Assembly (NCBI GenBank): GCA_046074725.1
Contig: JBJTOU010000200.1
Span: 1 to 56,801, forward strand
Length of the DNA: 56,801 bases
Origin: Planctomycetia bacterium
GTDB lineage: Bacteria > Planctomycetota > Planctomycetia > Pirellulales > UBA1268
Direction: 5' to 3'
Position numbers and translations under genes: made by a program. Positions 7,628-17,690 of the stretch are shown in pieces. The stretch's first letter is position 1. Each line of letters begins with the position of its first letter. Under the pieces are notes generated by a model. That model had not been told where the DNA came from, made no database searches, and worked only from the letters and a program-made list of their open reading frames with translations.

Positions 7628-10360
7628 ATGCCCAACGACGCCGCGCCATCCCACGACGCCTCCATGACTCCCGACGGCGGCACGATGGCCCCGCACGGTC
7701 TCATCGCCCGCGGCTTCGTCGCCTGGACACGGCTGTGCCTGAAGGTGCCGGCGATCATCACGGTGATCGCGATCCTGTCGGCGATCGCCTGCGGCGGCTA
7801 CGCCGCGAAATGCCTCGGCTACAAGGTGAGCCGCGTTGACCTGCTCGATCCGAAGAGCGAGTACAACAAACTCTGGATCGACTACATCGCCGAGTTCGGC
7901 GAGGATGACGACGCCGTCATCGTGGTCGAGGCACCGACCCGCGACGACGTGATCACCGTCCTCGAGGACATCTCCCGCGAGGTCGGACGGCAGGGGAGCC
8001 TGTTCCGCTCGGTGCTCCACGAGGTCGATCTCTCGGCGATCCGCGGCAAGGGGCTGCACTATCTCTCCCCGGCCGATCTCGCCGCCATCGACCGCTTCAT
8101 CGAGAAAAGCGGGCCGATCCTCGATGGCGGCTGGGCCCACCTCAAGGCGGGCTCGATGGTGACAGGGCTGGCTGGGCAGATGGTGGCCGGGGCCGCGACC
8201 ACCGCAGGACCGCTCGACGAGCCGGTCACGACGGCGCTGGAGCGGTACAGCGAGAGCCTGTTGGCCGGCCTCGATCCGGCCAACCGCACCGCCGGCCCCG
8301 CGACGGCGGCGGTCCCGTCGCCATGGCCGCCGATGCCGGAGTCGCTCTCCACGCTCCGAGATCTTTCGAGCCAGCACCTACTGGCCAAGGACGGCAGGCT
8401 CGGCTTCGTGCTGTTGCGGCTGACGAAGGAACCGGGCGGCTTTGCCGGCGCCTCAGCCTCGACCGACGAGCTTCGTCGCATCATCGAAGGCGTCGCATCG
8501 CACCATCCGGATGCCACGATCGGCCTCACCGGCCTGCCGGTCATGGAAGACGACGAGATGCGGACGAGCCAGCAGTCGATGGTCTGGGCCAGCGGCCTGT
8601 CGCTCGCCGCGGTGGCGCTGGTCATCATCGCCGGCTTCGGAGGCGTGCGGCACGCACTGATGGCCAACGCCGTGCTCGTGATCGCGATGGCGTGGGCGTT
8701 CGCCTGGGCGACGGCGAGTGTCGGGCACCTCAACATCCTGAGCGTCACCTTCACCGTGACGATGATCGGCGTCGGCATCGATTACGGAACCTACTACGTG
8801 GCCCGCTACCTGCAGGGCCGACGTCGCGGGCTCGACTGCGAGGCGGCCCTGCTCGAAACGAGCGCGTCCGTCGGCTCGAGCATCCTCACCGGGGCCATCA
8901 CCACGGCGGTCGCCTTCTTCTCCGCGTCGTTGACCAGTTTCGTGGGCGTCGCGGAACTTGGCACGATCGCCTCGGGGGGCATCCTCCTGTGTGCCGCGGC
9001 CGAGCTGCTCGTGCTGCCGGCGGTGATCGCGATGGTCGACCGCAGCCCGCTGGGGAAGCATGTCCCTCAGCCGGTGCCCGTGCATGCCTGGCTCGCCCCG
9101 ATCTTCCGGTACCCGCGGTTCGTCGCCCTCGCGTCGATGGCCCTCACGATGGCCGTCGCCTCGGGGCTGCATGAACTTCGGTATGACCACAATCTCCTCA
9201 ACCTCCAGGCCGACGGCCTGGAGAGCGTGGCCGTCGAGAAAAAACTCCTGGAGGAATGCGATCAGAGCGTCTGGTATGCCCTGTCGATCGCCGACTCCCG
9301 GGAGGAACTGCTGATCCGCAAGGAGTCGCTCCAGAAACTCCCGACGGTGGAGCGGGTCGACGAGATCGCGTCGCTGCTCCCCTCCGACGAGGATCTCAAG
9401 CGACCGATCATCGAACGGATCAACGCACGTCTCGCTTCGCTCCCAGAGCGGCCACCGGAGATCCCCATCGACCGGCTCGACAGCCTCGGAGAGACGCTCG
9501 CCTGGGCGCAGAACGAGGCGGCGAAGCGGCCGGGTGGCCTCCGGACGGCGTGGCACCTGGAACGGTCGCGAGACGCGCTCCGCCGGATGCCCCCGGAGGA
9601 GTGTTTCCGCGCGCTGGCCGCCTTCCAGCAGCGTTCGGCGGGCGAACTGCTCAGCCGGCTGCATGCCCTGGCCGGCGTGTCCGATCCGGAGGCTCCCACG
9701 CTCGACGACCTGCCGCCGAGCCTGGTGGAACGGTTCGTCGGCCAAAGCGGCAAGCACCTCCTGAAGATCTATGGCCACGGCGACATCTGGAACTTCGAGG
9801 CTCTGGAGCGGTTCGTGAAGGACGTTCGCGGCGTCGACCCGCGTGCCACCGGCAACCCGCTTCAGGCCTACGAGGCATCGCTGGAAATGAAGCGCAGCTA
9901 CGAGCAGGCGGCCGTCTATTCGCTCGTCGTGATCCTCGTGGTGTTGTGGCTCGACTTCCGCAGCATCTCCCATGCCCTGCTCGCCGGACTGCCCCTGGCC
10001 CTGGGCATGTTCCAAACGCTGGGCCTGATGGGACTCGTCGGGATCGATCTCAATCCCGCGAACCTGATCGGCATCCCCCTGATCCTCGGCATCGCCGTCG
10101 ATTACGGCGTGCATATCATGCACGACGCCCTGGAACGGCCCGGCCCCTACTCGATCAGCGCCTCGACGGCCAATGCGGTGCTGGTCGATGCCCTCACGAC
10201 GATCCTCGGGTTCGGCGCCCTGATGGTGGCCAGCCACAAGGGTCTGGAGAGCCTGGGAAGGGTGCTCACATTGGGCGTGACGACCTGCACGATCACATCG
10301 CTGGTGTTCCTGCCGGTGGTGCTTTCGATGCTGCGGCGCGGCGAAACGGCAGCCGAGTGA
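7628..10360 (+). CDS. MMPL/RND family transporter (HpnN-like)
   Basis: Two repeats of soluble loop plus TM bundle with GVGIDYG and GIAVDYGVH motifs; about 910 aa. Confidence 0.88.
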   Translation: MPNDAAPSHDASMTPDGGTMAPHGLIARGFVAWTRLCLKVPAIITVIAILSAIACGGYAAKCLGYKVSRVDLLDPKSEYNKLWIDYIAEFGEDDDAVIVVEAPTRDDVITVLEDISREVGRQGSLFRSVLHEVDLSAIRGKGLHYLSPADLAAIDRFIEKSGPILDGGWAHLKAGSMVTGLAGQMVAGAATTAGPLDEPVTTALERYSESLLAGLDPANRTAGPATAAVPSPWPPMPESLSTLRDLSSQHLLAKDGRLGFVLLRLTKEPGGFAGASASTDELRRIIEGVASHHPDATIGLTGLPVMEDDEMRTSQQSMVWASGLSLAAVALVIIAGFGGVRHALMANAVLVIAMAWAFAWATASVGHLNILSVTFTVTMIGVGIDYGTYYVARYLQGRRRGLDCEAALLETSASVGSSILTGAITTAVAFFSASLTSFVGVAELGTIASGGILLCAAAELLVLPAVIAMVDRSPLGKHVPQPVPVHAWLAPIFRYPRFVALASMALTMAVASGLHELRYDHNLLNLQADGLESVAVEKKLLEECDQSVWYALSIADSREELLIRKESLQKLPTVERVDEIASLLPSDEDLKRPIIERINARLASLPERPPEIPIDRLDSLGETLAWAQNEAAKRPGGLRTAWHLERSRDALRRMPPEECFRALAAFQQRSAGELLSRLHALAGVSDPEAPTLDDLPPSLVERFVGQSGKHLLKIYGHGDIWNFEALERFVKDVRGVDPRATGNPLQAYEASLEMKRSYEQAAVYSLVVILVVLWLDFRSISHALLAGLPLALGMFQTLGLMGLVGIDLNPANLIGIPLILGIAVDYGVHIMHDALERPGPYSISASTANAVLVDALTTILGFGALMVASHKGLESLGRVLTLGVTTCTITSLVFLPVVLSMLRRGETAAE

Positions 10361-10471
10361 GGCTGCTCCCACCCCCTAAGCACGGCTTGAAAACCCCACT
10401 TGTGCGGTGCCGACGGGGCGCGGTACTCCCCTTGCCGCCCCCGGCTCCGCATCACCCCGCACGGTGGATTC

Positions 10472-11140
10472 ATGTCTTTGCTCCTTCTCTCGCGTCGTCG
10501 TGTCGTGCTCTCGGTCCTCTCCGTGGGCTTCGCCGTCGCGGCCATCGCCATGCCCCGGCGGGCCGAAGCGCAGCCCCGTGAGCGTGTGGTCAACCTCGCG
10601 ATGGAGGATCAGTTCCGCGCGCGTCGTGAAACGGGAACGCTGCTCGGCGACGTGGTCGTCCTCATCTATGCCGAACGAACGGGCGCCGAGGCAGCGCACG
10701 ACCTGGGCAAGAAGATCCATGTGCGCTTCCACCCGACCGCCGCGTCGGCCTCCGACGCCGAATGGCTGCGACAGCCTGTGACGAGCCTGCCCGGATGGCC
10801 GGCCGGCACGCGGGTGCCAAACGTGCACGCGATCCCGGTGGCCTGCCTGTCGGAGGTGCCCAAGGCGATGCATCCGGTGGTCCGCGCCCGCATCCGCAAG
10901 GAGTCGCCGATGCTGCCCGTCTGGCTCGATTTCGACGACACGATGGACCGTCACTTCGGTCTCGTGAAGGGCGTGCCGAACGTCGTGATCCTCGACTCCC
11001 GCGGCCGCGTGCATGCAGTGCAGTCCGGCCGATTCGACGCCCGCATGGTGGAGGAACTGGCCGCCACGATCGACGAAATCCGGATGAAGGCGCGCCCGGA
11101 GTTCCACACGGCCGCGGTGCCTGCGGCTGCCACGCGGTGA
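10472..11140 (+). CDS. Exported thioredoxin-fold protein without CxxC
   Basis: Signal peptide (SRRRVV...AEA|Q), MEDQF start, PVWLDFD...FGLVKGVPNVVILDSRGRV thioredoxin/AhpC-like C-terminus. Confidence 0.7.
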   Translation: MSLLLLSRRRVVLSVLSVGFAVAAIAMPRRAEAQPRERVVNLAMEDQFRARRETGTLLGDVVVLIYAERTGAEAAHDLGKKIHVRFHPTAASASDAEWLRQPVTSLPGWPAGTRVPNVHAIPVACLSEVPKAMHPVVRARIRKESPMLPVWLDFDDTMDRHFGLVKGVPNVVILDSRGRVHAVQSGRFDARMVEELAATIDEIRMKARPEFHTAAVPAAATR

Positions 11141-11149
11141 ATCGCCCGA

Positions 11150-12031
11150 TCAGTGCGTGCGCTGTTTGAAGCGTTCGCTGGCCTTCACGAGCGTTTCCCG
11201 TTCCTTGACGGTCAGGCTCGACTCGCCCGATCGGCTGATCTTTTCGAGGATCCGATCGACGTCCATCTGCAAGGCCTCGTCGTCGGACCGCTGACGCGCT
11301 CTGGGCGGCTCGGGCAGGTCGTCGGGCCGCACGATCCGCATCGACTGCCGACGGATTCGCCGCCTCCATTGCTCGGTCAGGTCCGAAAGGCCACCGAGAT
11401 TCCACCCGCGATAGGCGTAGAGCAGCCCGAAGGCAGCACCGGCGAGGTGAGCCACGTGGGCGACGTTGCCACCGCGGCCATTGGCTCCCTGAAGATCCAT
11501 GACCACGAAGAGCACTCCCAGCGCCCAGGCGGGGACCGGCAGGACACCATAGATGTAGACCGTCTGCCTGGGGAAGAACCAGATGAAGACGGCCATCACC
11601 GCCATGATCGCGCCGCTGGCTCCCACCAGAAACATTCTCCCCGCATCCCCGGGATTGCCGACCTGCACGCTCACCAGCCACGCGATGCCGGCGAGGACGA
11701 CGGCCACGAGATAGAACCGAAGGAACTCGCCGCGGCCCATGATCGCTTCGACCTCACGGCCGAAGAAGAAGAGGGCCACCATGTTGAAAAGCAGGTGCGA
11801 TGGATCGCTCGCGTGCACGAAGCCATAGGTGACCAACTGCCAGGCTTCCATGAGGTGCCGAGGCAGGTCGCCGCGAAGGGCGAGAAAATCACTGATCGGG
11901 ATCTCGCCCGCCGCCACGAGGTTCGCCACCCACAGGGCGACATTGGTCACGATGAGCGTGAGCACGGCCGTCCATTCAGCCATGAACGGCGGGCGGGTGT
12001 CGTAGGAATAGCCGCGGTCGGAAAATCCCAT
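11150..12031 (-). CDS. Rhomboid family intramembrane serine protease with C-terminal DUF6576-like tail
   Basis: WQLVTYGFVH, HLLFNM, GASG (catalytic Ser), AHLAGA (His), tail VDRILEKISRSGESSLT. Confidence 0.92.
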   Translation of the reverse strand: MGFSDRGYSYDTRPPFMAEWTAVLTLIVTNVALWVANLVAAGEIPISDFLALRGDLPRHLMEAWQLVTYGFVHASDPSHLLFNMVALFFFGREVEAIMGRGEFLRFYLVAVVLAGIAWLVSVQVGNPGDAGRMFLVGASGAIMAVMAVFIWFFPRQTVYIYGVLPVPAWALGVLFVVMDLQGANGRGGNVAHVAHLAGAAFGLLYAYRGWNLGGLSDLTEQWRRRIRRQSMRIVRPDDLPEPPRARQRSDDEALQMDVDRILEKISRSGESSLTVKERETLVKASERFKQRTH

Positions 12032-12189
12032 CCACGGAATGGTAGGCGGTAGCGGCGGCACGGGACAACCACAGGCGGGGCCCGGCCGCTGCCGTGAAGC
12101 CGCCGACTGTGCTAGATTCCGCTTCATTCAGGCGGGGCCCGCCGCGACGTGCCCCCCGTCACGAACCACCAGAGAGAAATGGAGCGGGC

Positions 12190-13386
12190 ATGGCCACCAA
12201 CGGCGCACTGGGCAGGAAACTCCGCATGGGAATCGTCGGAGGCGGACAGGGGTCGTTCATCGGCCGCGTCCACGTCACGGCTGCCGTGCTCGACAACCGG
12301 GCGGAACTGGTGGCCGGCGCCTTTTCCAGCGACGCGGCCCGTTCGAAGGCCAGCGCCGCCGACTATGCCGTCGATCCCGCCCGGGCCTACGGCTCCTACG
12401 AGGAGATGCTGTCGGTGGAGAAGTCGCTGCCTCCGGAGAAGCGGATCGACTTCGTCTCCATCACCACGCCCAATCACATGCACTTTCCGGTGGCCAAGGC
12501 GGCCATGGAGGCAGGCTTCCACGTCATCTGCGACAAGCCGCTCACGCTGACCCTCGCCGAGGCGGAGGGGCTGGCGGAGATCGTCCGCACTGCGAAGGGC
12601 GTCTTCGCCGTGACCCACAACTACACCGGCTATCCGCTCGTGCGCCAGGCCCGGGAGATGATCCGCACCGGTGAACTCGGCGACATCCAGGCGATTCGGG
12701 CCGAGTACATCCAGGGATGGCTGCGGACGAGGCTGGAGTCGGAGGGGCAGAAGCAGGCGGCATGGCGAACCGATCCGAAGCGGAGCGGCGCCGCCGGAGC
12801 CTTCGGCGATATCGGAACCCATGCCTACAACCTTGGCCGCTACATGACCGGACTCTTGCCCGAGTCGATCAGCGCACACTTGCGGGTTTTCGAGCCCGGC
12901 CGCGCCCTCGACGATTATGGCCATGCCGTGATCCGCTATGAGAACGGCGCGCTGGGCACCGTCACGGCCTCGCAGATCAGCCACGGTCGCGAGAACGACG
13001 TGCGAATACAGATCGACGGCACGCTCGCCAGCCTCGAATGGCACCAGGAAAACCCGAACCAGATGATCGTGCGCCGCAATGGCCAGCCGCACGCCATCTA
13101 CACCCGCGATCCCAACGCCCCGTTCATGAACGCATCCGGCAAGGCCGCCTGCCGGCTTCCATCGGGGCACCCCGAGGCCTTCTTCGAGGCCTTCGCCAAC
13201 GTCTACCGCGCCGCCTACGACGCGATGGAACTGGCGATGACGGGCAAGCCCTTCGAGCGGACCGACACCATCTACCCCAATGTCCACGACGGCGTGGAGG
13301 GGATGTATTTCATCGAGCAGTCCGTGGCGTCGAGCAAGGCCGACGGCGCCTGGCTGCCATTGAAGCATCGCCTCGCGAGGCGGTAA
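12190..13386 (+). CDS. Gfo/Idh/MocA family oxidoreductase
   Basis: GIVGGGQGSFIG, ITTPNHMH, HVICDKP and GDIGTH motifs. Confidence 0.92.
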   Translation: MATNGALGRKLRMGIVGGGQGSFIGRVHVTAAVLDNRAELVAGAFSSDAARSKASAADYAVDPARAYGSYEEMLSVEKSLPPEKRIDFVSITTPNHMHFPVAKAAMEAGFHVICDKPLTLTLAEAEGLAEIVRTAKGVFAVTHNYTGYPLVRQAREMIRTGELGDIQAIRAEYIQGWLRTRLESEGQKQAAWRTDPKRSGAAGAFGDIGTHAYNLGRYMTGLLPESISAHLRVFEPGRALDDYGHAVIRYENGALGTVTASQISHGRENDVRIQIDGTLASLEWHQENPNQMIVRRNGQPHAIYTRDPNAPFMNASGKAACRLPSGHPEAFFEAFANVYRAAYDAMELAMTGKPFERTDTIYPNVHDGVEGMYFIEQSVASSKADGAWLPLKHRLARR

Positions 13387-13518
13387 CGTTTTTGGTTTTC
13401 AAACACCCCCGCCCCGGAGAGGACGAGGCGATGGGGTCGGCGAACGCTCGACGAGCGTAGGGCCGCTGCGCCCCCCGCGAGGAGACTTTTGCCGCCCCCG
13501 AGCCGTGTTCTGGCACTG

Positions 13519-14331
13519 ATGGGAAAACAAGACGCAGCATGCCTCGTCTTCGACATCGAGAGCGTGGCCGATGGTGAACTGGTCGCCCGGATCCGCTATC
13601 CCGGCGAGAAGCTCGATCCGAAGGGGGCGATCAAGAAATACCGCGAGGAACTGCTCGTCGAGAACGGGAAGGACTTCATCCCCTACACCTTCCAGTTGCC
13701 GGTGTCGCTGGTGGTTGCGAAGGTGGCCTCCGATTACCGGCTGCTCGATCTGGTGGCCCTCGACGAGGAGCGGTCACGGCCGCACGAGATTGCACGGATG
13801 TTCTGGGAGGGCTGGAGACGGAACCACCGGCCGCGGCTGGTGAGCTTCAATGGCCGCGGCTTCGACATGCCGCTCCTGGAACTCTGCGCCTTTCGCTACG
13901 GGATCGCCATTCCCGACTGGTTCGCCGAGGACAGAAAGAGCTTCGACCAGCCCCGCTATCGATACAACGCCGCGGCCCATTTTGATCTGCACGAGTGGCT
14001 CACCAATAGCGGCGCGTCGCGATTCGTCGGCGGGCTGTCGCTGGCGGCGAACCTGATCGGCAAGCCGGGCAAGATGGACGTGGCCGGCCACATGGTCCAA
14101 GACCTGTGGGACGCGGGAAAGGCATCCGAGATCCACGACTACTGCCGGGGCGACGTGCTCGACACCTATTTCGTCTTTCTGAGATCGCGCGTGGTCGCGG
14201 GCGACCTGGACATCAGGCGGGAGCACGAACTCATCGAGGAGGCGCGGCGGTGGATCGAGGCCAAGGCGGAGACGCACGCAGGACTTGCCCGCTACCTCGC
14301 CGCCTGGGGCGATTGGAAGAGCCCGTGGTGA
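13519..14331 (+). CDS. Predicted 3'-5' exonuclease (PolB-related, DEDDy)
   Basis: ExoI FDIE, ExoII SFNGRGFD, ExoIII YCRGD. Confidence 0.88.
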   Translation: MGKQDAACLVFDIESVADGELVARIRYPGEKLDPKGAIKKYREELLVENGKDFIPYTFQLPVSLVVAKVASDYRLLDLVALDEERSRPHEIARMFWEGWRRNHRPRLVSFNGRGFDMPLLELCAFRYGIAIPDWFAEDRKSFDQPRYRYNAAAHFDLHEWLTNSGASRFVGGLSLAANLIGKPGKMDVAGHMVQDLWDAGKASEIHDYCRGDVLDTYFVFLRSRVVAGDLDIRREHELIEEARRWIEAKAETHAGLARYLAAWGDWKSPW

Positions 14332-14338
14332 GCGGGAC

Positions 14339-14707
14339 TCACTCGGCGATCGCTTCCTTCACCAGCTGGATGAAGTGCGTCGATCGCGACGAACCGGTGA
14401 GGTCGGCCGCCTTTTTTTCCGCCGCCTTGCGATCGGCGTATTCATACATGGCAAGCCGCTTCATCGACGGATTGAAGACTCCCCAGTAGGCCTTCATGCG
14501 GGCTTCCTTGGCGGTCTTCTTGCGGGATGGCTTCTTGGCGGCTGGCTTCTTGGCCTTCGGCTCCTTGGCGGGCTTTTCCTTCGCTGCCTTCGCCACCTTT
14601 TCCTTGGCCGGCTTTTCCTTGGCGGTCTTCTTCGCCGAGTTTTCCTTGGCCGGCTTCTTCGCGGCCTTCGCCTTCGATTCCTTGTCTGCCGCCGCTTTCT
14701 TCGCCAT
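14339..14707 (-). CDS. Small Lys/Ala-rich (histone H1-like tail) protein with a compact C-terminal domain
   Basis: Repeated KEKPAK/KKPAAKK motifs followed by MKAYWGVFNPSMKRLAMYEY...HFIQLVKE. SD-like AAAGG. Confidence 0.8.
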   Translation of the reverse strand: MAKKAAADKESKAKAAKKPAKENSAKKTAKEKPAKEKVAKAAKEKPAKEPKAKKPAAKKPSRKKTAKEARMKAYWGVFNPSMKRLAMYEYADRKAAEKKAADLTGSSRSTHFIQLVKEAIAE

Positions 14708-14832
14708 GTCGACCCTTTCCGTGATGTTTCGACCGGCCGGCATTCGATCGCCGACCGCGGCGGCAGTATAGCGTCTCGCGTGGCCGGCACACGGGGTGCC
14801 TATACTTGCCGACACGCCCGGAGCCCGCCCCC

Positions 14833-15975
14833 ATGACAGTAGCCGTGGCCGAGGTCCCCCTCGCCAGCCCGTTCCCAGCCTACCGTGGTCTCGATGACGC
14901 CGTTCTCGATGCGCGGATCGAGGGAGTGCGGCGACGCATGGGTTCGCGGCTCGTCGTCCTCGGCCACCACTATCAGCAGGATGGCGTCATCGCCCATGCC
15001 GATCTCCAGGGCGACAGTTACCAGCTTTCCAAGTCGGCGGCGGAACGGGAGGGCTGCGAGGCGATCGTCTTCTGCGGTGTCCACTTCATGGCCGAGACGG
15101 CCGATATCCTCGCCAACCGTCCCGAGAAGGTGGCCGCCCGCGGCGGCCGTCGGGTCACCGTCGTGCTCCCCGACATGGCCGCCGGTTGTTCGATGGCCGA
15201 CATGGCAGGCATCGAGCAGGTCGAGGACGCCTGGGCCGATCTCGGCACCGTGATCGACACCGCCGACATCACGCCGGTCACCTACATCAATTCGGCCGCC
15301 AGCCTGAAGGCATTCTGCGGCCGCCACGGCGGGATCGTGTGCACATCGAGCAACGCCCGCGCCGTCCTCGAGTGGGCCTTTGCCCGTACCCGACGCGTGT
15401 TGTTTTTTCCCGACCAGCACCTCGGCCGCAACACGGCCCGCAGGATGGGAATCCCGCTCGACGCGATGTGCGTGTGGAATCCACACGACCCGACGCTCGG
15501 CGGCAATTCCCGCGAGCGGCTCGAGGCCGGCCGCGTCATCCTCTGGCAGGGCCATTGCAGCGTGCATGCGATGTTCAAGCCGGAGCATGTCGATGCCATG
15601 CGGGCCGCCATGCCCGGCGTGAAGGTGCTCGTGCATCCCGAGTGCGCGATGGAGGTGGTCGACAAGGCCGACCTCACGGGCTCGACGAGCTTCATCGTGA
15701 ACCAGATCCGCAATGCCCCACCGGGCACGTCGTGGGCGATCGGTACGGAGCTGCACCTCGTGAAGCGGCTGGAGTATGGCCACCCGGACCAGACGATCCG
15801 GTTCCTCTCACCGGTCGTCTGCATGTGTGCCACGATGTACCGCATCGACCTCGCCCACCTCTGCTGGGCGCTCGAGCACCTCGAGCGGGGCAAGCCCGTG
15901 AACGTCATCCGCGTGGATGACGAGACCGCCAGGTGGTCGGTCGTGGCGCTCCAGCGGATGCTGGCGGTGTCGTAG
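14833..15975 (+). CDS. nadA: Quinolinate synthase A
   Basis: LGHHYQ, FCGVHFMAE, AGCSMAD, YINS, CTSSNA, PDQHLG, GHCSVH, HPEC and CMCATM motifs. Confidence 0.97.
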   Translation: MTVAVAEVPLASPFPAYRGLDDAVLDARIEGVRRRMGSRLVVLGHHYQQDGVIAHADLQGDSYQLSKSAAEREGCEAIVFCGVHFMAETADILANRPEKVAARGGRRVTVVLPDMAAGCSMADMAGIEQVEDAWADLGTVIDTADITPVTYINSAASLKAFCGRHGGIVCTSSNARAVLEWAFARTRRVLFFPDQHLGRNTARRMGIPLDAMCVWNPHDPTLGGNSRERLEAGRVILWQGHCSVHAMFKPEHVDAMRAAMPGVKVLVHPECAMEVVDKADLTGSTSFIVNQIRNAPPGTSWAIGTELHLVKRLEYGHPDQTIRFLSPVVCMCATMYRIDLAHLCWALEHLERGKPVNVIRVDDETARWSVVALQRMLAVS

Positions 15976-16058
15976 CAGCGAGAGACGAGACTATACTGGT
16001 GCCGTCTTGGCGGAGCGGCCGACGCGACCGCCGCCTTTTCACATGTCACGGGTGAGCC

Positions 16059-17690
16059 ATGATGCCCCTTCGCTCCATTCGAGTCGCAGCACTCCTCGTC
16101 CTCTCCGTCGCCGTCAGGGCGGCCGGTGCGGCCGATGCCCCGCCGGTGGCGGCGACGCTCGGCGAGCTCGGCCGCTGGGTCATCGCGGCCGACTTTGCCA
16201 AGGATGGATCCACGCTCGTCACGGCCGGGGGCGAGAGCCTGCTCTACCGTCCGGGCGACGTGGTCGTGTGGAAGCCCGATGGCACGAGGGTCGGCGATCT
16301 CGCCGGCCACCCCACCACCGTCTGGGCGGTGAGGATTTCACCCGACGGATCGCGTGCGGCCACGGCCGGCTACGACGGCCTGGTCAAACTCTGGAACTAT
16401 CCCGAACGCACGCTCACGAGCGACCTCAAGAAGCACAGGGGCTGGGTGCGGTCACTCGATTTTTCCCCCGATGGCACGACATTGGCGACGGCCGGGGAAG
16501 ATGGCACGGTCATCCTCTGGGATACCGCCACTGCGAGCGAGACCAAGACGATCGCCGCCCACGCCGCGCCGGTGACGGCCGTCAGGTTCTCCCCCGACGG
16601 CGGAACGCTCGCAAGCGGCGGCGGCGACAAGATCGTGAAGCTCTGGAGCGTCGCCGATGGCACCGAGAAGGTAAAGCTCGACGGGCACGGCGACGCGATC
16701 TGGGCCATCACGTATTCCCCGGATGGATCGAAACTCGCCACGGCCGGTGCCGATCGCTCGATCAAGCTCTGGAGCACGGCCGACTCCAAGGAATTGGCCA
16801 CGCTCAAAGGTCACACCGATTGGGTGACGAGCCTCGCCTTCTCGGCCGATGGCACGCGAATGGTCAGCGGCAGTCTCGACGGCGCCGTCAAGCTCTGGGA
16901 CGTGAACGCGAAGGGGGAGCAGGAAGGGCCTCCCGCGGAGAAGTCGAGCGTGTGGTGCGTGGCCTTTGCTCCCGACGGCGCGAGACTGTTCGTCGGGACG
17001 CATGCGGGCGGGAAACTCGTCTCCGTCCCTGCGCCGAAACTGTTGCCGCCCCCACCGCCTCCTCCGTCGGCCCCGCCACCGGCCACCACAGCGGCACCGA
17101 CAGCCGCTGCCGCCCCTGCGGCGACCGCCCCTGCCGGGCAGGGATGGAAGCCGCTCGTGCCCTCTGATTTCAAGAGCATGGCCGGCGCCACGGCCGCGAT
17201 CGCTGCCGACGGCGCCGTGACGGTGACCGGTTCGCTGGCGAGAGACACCTACACCCTTCGCGTTCCGCTCCCCGCGGGCCTCGTGCCGGCGGCCATCCGC
17301 TTGGAGGCATTGGCCGACAAGGGACTCCCCGCCCAGGGACCAGGTCGCGCGAGCAACGGTAACTTCGTTCTGACCACGTTCGGCGTGTTGTTCGGCGAGC
17401 CCGGCAAAACGGAAACACCCACGCCCGTGGCGTTCGCCTCCGCCAAGGCCGACCACGAGCAGCCGAATTTCACCGCCGCCGGCGCGATCGACAGCAATCC
17501 CGCCACGGGCTGGGCGATCGGCGGTGGCACGGGCAAGGATCGTGCCATCACGTTCGAGATTTCGCCCGACGCGAAGATCCAGGCCGGGGCGCCGCTGACG
17601 ATCACGGTCGATCAGCAGTATTCCGATGGCCAACATGCTCTGGGCAAATTTCGTGTGTCGGTGATGCCGGCGGGAGGGCCCCGGCCATGA
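16059..17690 (+). CDS. Secreted WD40-repeat protein with Pro linker and C-terminal beta-sandwich domain
   Basis: About 7 WD40 repeats (FSPDG..LATAG.DG.VKLW), signal peptide, C-terminal GPGRASNGNFVL...GAIDSNPATGWAI domain. Confidence 0.88.
   Translation: MMPLRSIRVAALLVLSVAVRAAGAADAPPVAATLGELGRWVIAADFAKDGSTLVTAGGESLLYRPGDVVVWKPDGTRVGDLAGHPTTVWAVRISPDGSRAATAGYDGLVKLWNYPERTLTSDLKKHRGWVRSLDFSPDGTTLATAGEDGTVILWDTATASETKTIAAHAAPVTAVRFSPDGGTLASGGGDKIVKLWSVADGTEKVKLDGHGDAIWAITYSPDGSKLATAGADRSIKLWSTADSKELATLKGHTDWVTSLAFSADGTRMVSGSLDGAVKLWDVNAKGEQEGPPAEKSSVWCVAFAPDGARLFVGTHAGGKLVSVPAPKLLPPPPPPPSAPPPATTAAPTAAAAPAATAPAGQGWKPLVPSDFKSMAGATAAIAADGAVTVTGSLARDTYTLRVPLPAGLVPAAIRLEALADKGLPAQGPGRASNGNFVLTTFGVLFGEPGKTETPTPVAFASAKADHEQPNFTAAGAIDSNPATGWAIGGGTGKDRAITFEISPDAKIQAGAPLTITVDQQYSDGQHALGKFRVSVMPAGGPRP

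Noticed and set aside
8453-10372. 639-aa antisense ORF, and similar ones such as 45113-48001, 29949-32000, 31985-33787 and 53143-54849
   Set aside because: Shadow ORFs opposite well-supported genes, expected at high GC; no recognisable motifs.
13387-13518. Intergenic hairpin ACGCTC-GAC-GAGCGT as another copy of the GGA element
   Set aside because: It has no GGA loop and none of the conserved scaffold sequences.
13519-14331. PolB-like exonuclease as a sign of a prophage or mobile element
   Set aside because: This is a common stand-alone chromosomal family, and no phage or integrase genes are nearby.
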